Below are positions 24,926-28,544 of a stretch of 28,544 nt of DNA, in pieces. Numbering within the stretch: position 1 is the stretch's first letter; each line of letters begins with the position of its first letter. A program made the translations under genes and the position numbers. The DNA is from Desulfitobacteriaceae bacterium. Lineage in GTDB: Bacteria; Bacillota; Desulfitobacteriia; Desulfitobacteriales; Desulfitobacteriaceae. Location: the NCBI GenBank assembly GCA_035561015.1, contig DATMYJ010000225.1, forward strand, positions 1 through 28,544, in the 5' to 3' direction. The notes beneath the pieces were generated by a model that had not been told where the DNA came from, did not search any database, and saw only the letters and a program-made list of their open reading frames with translations.

Positions 24926-26881
24926 TCAAGTAAGTTTCTTTTCTGATTCAACTTTGCCATCTATGAGAACCTGCAGGGTAGCAGGAGCATAATAACGAGT
25001 TTCGTCAGGTATATCCGTCTTATCCCCTACCTTATAAGTTTTATGCCAAACTTCTACCCAGCCGCGATAATCTTTGATTTTCACGACAACATCATGTGTT
25101 TTGTTATCATCAGGTACCAGATCAATCACATACGCCAAGATAACGTTTTTGGAAATATCTTTGGCAACAGGTCCCGGGCCCTGGGAAACATACACAGTCA
25201 CCTGAATGCCTTGTCTGACAGTGGTCCCAGGCTGAGGGATAGTTCTGGTAACCAAATCTTTCGGATATTCGTTAGAACTCTCCGTGTCTGTGACAACTAC
25301 CAGCTTATTCTGTTCCAGCAAGGATTTAGCTTCAGCAGAAGTCTTGCCAATTGCATTTGGCATAGTAGTATCAACAAATTCCGGGCCTTTACTGATGGTT
25401 AATTTGATCGGGCTGGACTTGGGATAGGAGGTCTGAGGAAGAGGATCCTGATTTGCCACTACTCCCTTGGGAACAGTGTTACTAAATACTTCCTCGCTGG
25501 TTATATCTCCGGTAAATCCGAGATGTTGGATCAGGTTGCGGGCATTTTCCTCAGTCATATTGTCTCTTTTCAGATCCGGAAATTCCAGCATTTCTTTCCC
25601 TTTGCTAACAATTACATAGACAACCTTGCCCACCTTGACTCTGGCATTAGGCTCGGGATCCTGGCTCATAATCAGATCTTTTTCCACACTATCACTATAT
25701 TCAGTGACTAACTGCGTATCCAGATTCAGATTATTCTGTTCCAACAGGATTGTGGCCACCTTAGTGCTAAGTCCTGTCAGATCAGGTACCACAGTCTCCT
25801 TAACTGTCACGTAGCTGCGCAGCCAAAAACCGCCTAAACCCAAAAGGAGCAGACAAATCGCTCCGAGAACAAGCAGCCAGCGTTTGCGTTTGGAAAAGGG
25901 TTTGGGTGATGACTTCTCAGCCGCTGCCGCTGAAACTTCAGAACCAGCTATGGGAGCAACCGCAGAAGAGACTGCAACTGCAGAACTAACCTCCTGGGCC
26001 AGGGATTTATGGATCATGGTAGCATCATTGTCATTGAAAACCTGATCAGCCACATGACTGACCTTATGACCTGCCTGAACTTTTTGCAGATCTTCCAGCA
26101 GTTCCTGGACATTAGCATAACGGGTCTGGGGTGACTTGGCTATAGCCCTCATTATCACGGCCTCTAACTCAGGTTCAATGCGCGGATTTATCCTGCTGGG
26201 CGGCAAAGGCTGTTCCTGTAAATGTTTCAGGGCAATGGCGATAGGTGTTTCACCATCATAGGGAACCTTACCTGTCAAAAGTTCATAGATAATGATACCT
26301 AAAGAATAAATATCGGATTGTTCATTGCTTAAAAGGCCCTTGGCCTGTTCCGGTGACAAATAATGGACTGAACCAATTATATCGCTTGTATGTGTCAGCG
26401 TAGCCGAAGAAACAGCTCGTGCTATGCCAAAATCAGTAACCTTAGCCCGGCCGTCTTCAGTTATCAGAATATTTTGGGGTTTTATATCCCTGTGGATGAT
26501 GTTATGCTCGTGAGCATGTCTGAGAGCTTCCCCCAGCTGTTTGGCCAAGTGGAGTGTATTTTCTGTAGACAAAGGCGCATATTCCCGGATAATCTCCTTG
26601 AGATTACGGCCTTCGATATACTCCATTACAATATATTCCTGATCACCATCTTTGCCTACATCATATATAGATACGATATTGGGGTGTGATAAACTGGCAG
26701 CAGATTGTGCCTCCCGCCGAAAACGCCGGATAAAATCCTCATCAGTTACAAATTGATCACGCAGTACTTTAATCGTAACAATTCTGTTCAGCAACTGATC
26801 CTTGGCTTTATAGACAATTGCCATCCCACCGGCGCCAATTTTGGCAATAACCTCATAGCGTCCACCAAAAATTTTGCTCAT
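24926..26881 (-). CDS. pknB: PASTA-domain Ser/Thr kinase (PknB/PrkC/Stk1)
   Basis: GAGGMAIV, HRDIKPQN, DFGIARA, GSVHYLSPEQ; transmembrane helix WLLVLGAICLLLLGLGGFWL; about three PASTA repeats (VPDL, FPDL, MPNA). Confidence 0.95.
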   Translation of the reverse strand: MSKIFGGRYEVIAKIGAGGMAIVYKAKDQLLNRIVTIKVLRDQFVTDEDFIRRFRREAQSAASLSHPNIVSIYDVGKDGDQEYIVMEYIEGRNLKEIIREYAPLSTENTLHLAKQLGEALRHAHEHNIIHRDIKPQNILITEDGRAKVTDFGIARAVSSATLTHTSDIIGSVHYLSPEQAKGLLSNEQSDIYSLGIIIYELLTGKVPYDGETPIAIALKHLQEQPLPPSRINPRIEPELEAVIMRAIAKSPQTRYANVQELLEDLQKVQAGHKVSHVADQVFNDNDATMIHKSLAQEVSSAVAVSSAVAPIAGSEVSAAAAEKSSPKPFSKRKRWLLVLGAICLLLLGLGGFWLRSYVTVKETVVPDLTGLSTKVATILLEQNNLNLDTQLVTEYSDSVEKDLIMSQDPEPNARVKVGKVVYVIVSKGKEMLEFPDLKRDNMTEENARNLIQHLGFTGDITSEEVFSNTVPKGVVANQDPLPQTSYPKSSPIKLTISKGPEFVDTTMPNAIGKTSAEAKSLLEQNKLVVVTDTESSNEYPKDLVTRTIPQPGTTVRQGIQVTVYVSQGPGPVAKDISKNVILAYVIDLVPDDNKTHDVVVKIKDYRGWVEVWHKTYKVGDKTDIPDETRYYAPATLQVLIDGKVESEKKLT

Positions 26882-28290
26882 TTATTGTTTCCTACTTTCC
26901 GACTAAGAGCTTTATCGATAAGATCCCGGGCAAGAGGAGCCGCAGCTTCGCCTCCGAAACCACCATTTTCTATTATAACCGCAACCGCAATTTGCGGGTC
27001 ATCTGCCGGGGCAAAAGCTATATACCAGGCATGGGTCATCATCTTGCCTCCTGGTTCTGCCGAACCCGTTTTCGCTGCTACCTGTACCTGGGGCAAAGCA
27101 CCCCGAGCAGCAGTGCCGGAAGTAACCGCGGCAACCATAGCCTCCGTAATCGTCTCAGCTTCCTGCGCTGACAAAGCAGTCAGCCAAGGCTTGACCTGAG
27201 CCTGATACAAAAGGTTCTCTTTCGAATCCCTCACTCGCTGCACAAGGTGCGGAGCCATTATAACTCCGTCATTAGCTATAGCCGCTGTAATCAGAGCCAT
27301 ATGCAAAGGACTTGTCAGGACCTGACCCTGGCCAAAAGCACTTGCCGCCAAAAGATTGGCATCCAGACGCCTGGGATCAGGCTCATTATTGACAATGGTA
27401 CTGGGAAGAACAGGTAATTCCAGAGGAATTGCCTCGCCAAAACCAAAGGCCTTGGCAGCAGTCAAAAAACTTTGATCTCCAGCCCGGACAGCATAAGTTG
27501 CGAAATAAGTGTTGCAGGATTGGGCTAATGCAGTCTTATAATTAACCAAACCGTGACTGTTGTTATCAACAACAGTCTGACCATTGATTACAGCTGATCC
27601 TGTACATTCATAAAGTTCCTCCGTATCGACACCTGCACGCAGCAAGGCTAGGGAGGTCACCACCTTCATAACAGATCCCGGCGGATATAAGGAAAGAGCA
27701 CGGTTGACAAGCGGACTGCTGGGTCGTCCTGCCACCTCATTCCAATTATCGGTAATCTCAGCCGGGTCAAAACTCGGCTGGCTGACCATAGCCAGAACCT
27801 CTCCGGTTTTGGGATTTAAGGCAACCACGGCCCCGGTTTTACCCTTGAGATCCTCATAAGCAGACTGTTGGATGGCGGCGTCAATAGTAAGCGTGACATC
27901 ATCGCCCTGGCGGGGAAGTTCCAGAAATTGCTGGACAGCCTGGACTGGACCAGGATTTCTAACACCCAAAAGCCAGTCAGCCAAACTTCCTTCCAGCCCT
28001 GCCGAGCCATGCTGAAGAGTGGCGTAACCGAGCAAGGGCTCCAGCATCTCACCCATAGGATAAACACGGGTTTTCTTGCCGGACTCAGTTATTGTCCGAG
28101 CTAATACTTCGCCATTACGGTCAAAAATTCCTCCCCTAAGCACGCGCTCTTCCAATCTGAGCAGACGTTGATTTGCCGGATTCTTTTGCAGATTCTCAGC
28201 AGCAATCACCTGCCAATAGAGCAGACCCAGACTCAGGAGAAAAAAGCAGGCGGCAAACCCCAAAGCAACTTGACGCAAGCCACGGTTCAT
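26878..28290 (-). CDS. Class B penicillin-binding protein (PbpA-like transpeptidase)
   Basis: N-terminal TM, RGGIFDRNG, SxxK (PPGSVMK), SCN, KTG(S). Start ATG 28290 (AAGGAG; ATGA overlap with the ftsW stop), 470 aa. Confidence 0.92.
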   Translation of the reverse strand: MNRGLRQVALGFAACFFLLSLGLLYWQVIAAENLQKNPANQRLLRLEERVLRGGIFDRNGEVLARTITESGKKTRVYPMGEMLEPLLGYATLQHGSAGLEGSLADWLLGVRNPGPVQAVQQFLELPRQGDDVTLTIDAAIQQSAYEDLKGKTGAVVALNPKTGEVLAMVSQPSFDPAEITDNWNEVAGRPSSPLVNRALSLYPPGSVMKVVTSLALLRAGVDTEELYECTGSAVINGQTVVDNNSHGLVNYKTALAQSCNTYFATYAVRAGDQSFLTAAKAFGFGEAIPLELPVLPSTIVNNEPDPRRLDANLLAASAFGQGQVLTSPLHMALITAAIANDGVIMAPHLVQRVRDSKENLLYQAQVKPWLTALSAQEAETITEAMVAAVTSGTAARGALPQVQVAAKTGSAEPGGKMMTHAWYIAFAPADDPQIAVAVIIENGGFGGEAAAPLARDLIDKALSRKVGNNK

Positions 28291-28544
28291 GCTGCATACT
28301 CCTTTCCGCTGCTTCCGAAAACACCTTTTTCCGCTGCCTGCGAGATATTGGCCAGTAAACCAAGCAGGAAAAAATGCACCACCAGGGAACTGCCGCCATA
28401 ACTGACCCAAGGCAAAGGAATTCCGGTTAAAGGCAATAATTTGGTGACACCGGCAAGAATAATCATGGTTTCAGATCCCAGCAAAATACCAATACCAGCA
28501 GCAATAATCTGGCCAAACCTGTCCGCAGTATTATTACTTATTAC
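28287..28544 (-). CDS. FtsW/RodA/SpoVE SEDS protein, 3' fragment (5' end outside the window)
   Basis: Open frame from the window edge: ...RFGQIIAAGIG...LLPLTGIPLPWVSYGGSS, the SEDS C-terminal signature. Confidence 0.92.
   Translation of the reverse strand, partial: VISNNTADRFGQIIAAGIGILLGSETMIILAGVTKLLPLTGIPLPWVSYGGSSLVVHFFLLGLLANISQAAEKGVFGSSGKEYAA

Noticed and set aside
28291-28410. 40-aa N-terminal extension of the PBP
   Set aside because: Overlaps the ftsW coding 3' end; ATG 28290 has an SD and an ATGA overlap.
1-28544. tRNA, rRNA, CRISPR arrays, IS elements, SAM riboswitch, parS or dif sites
   Set aside because: None recognisable by eye; intergenic gaps are short and mostly explained by RBSs, promoters and terminators.

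Overview
Core-chromosome housekeeping window from a low-GC Gram-positive bacterium (Bacillota). Gene order and protein style suggest an anaerobic Peptococcaceae/Desulfitobacteriaceae-like organism; this is inference. All genes except rpmB lie on the minus strand. In transcription order: partial ftsW/rodA - pbpA-like class B PBP - pknB (PASTA kinase) - rsgA - rpe - thiN; rpmB (plus strand); asp23/yloU - recG - rsmD - coiled-coil 'ATPase-like' protein; yceD - rpmF; plsX - fabH - fabK - fabD - fabG - acpP - FabX-like flavoprotein - fabF - rnc - smc - ftsY - purine/MTA phosphorylase - mtnA - class II aldolase - MTA/SAH-type deaminase. I see no rRNA, tRNA, CRISPR array or mobile element. The most interesting points are: (1) a second FabK-fold protein with the FabX-type CxxCxxxC..C Fe-S motif inside the fab operon of an apparent anaerobe; (2) a four-gene salvage cluster that looks like a deaminative (inosine-route) DHAP shunt, with an Asn-type 6-oxopurine phosphorylase, translationally coupled to ftsY; (3) coaD, fakA/yloV and fapR cleanly absent from their usual slots; (4) a 20-codon uORF with a perfect SD coupled to plsX; (5) degenerate heptamer arrays in three intergenic regions. 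All calls come from motif recognition by eye; no searches were run.
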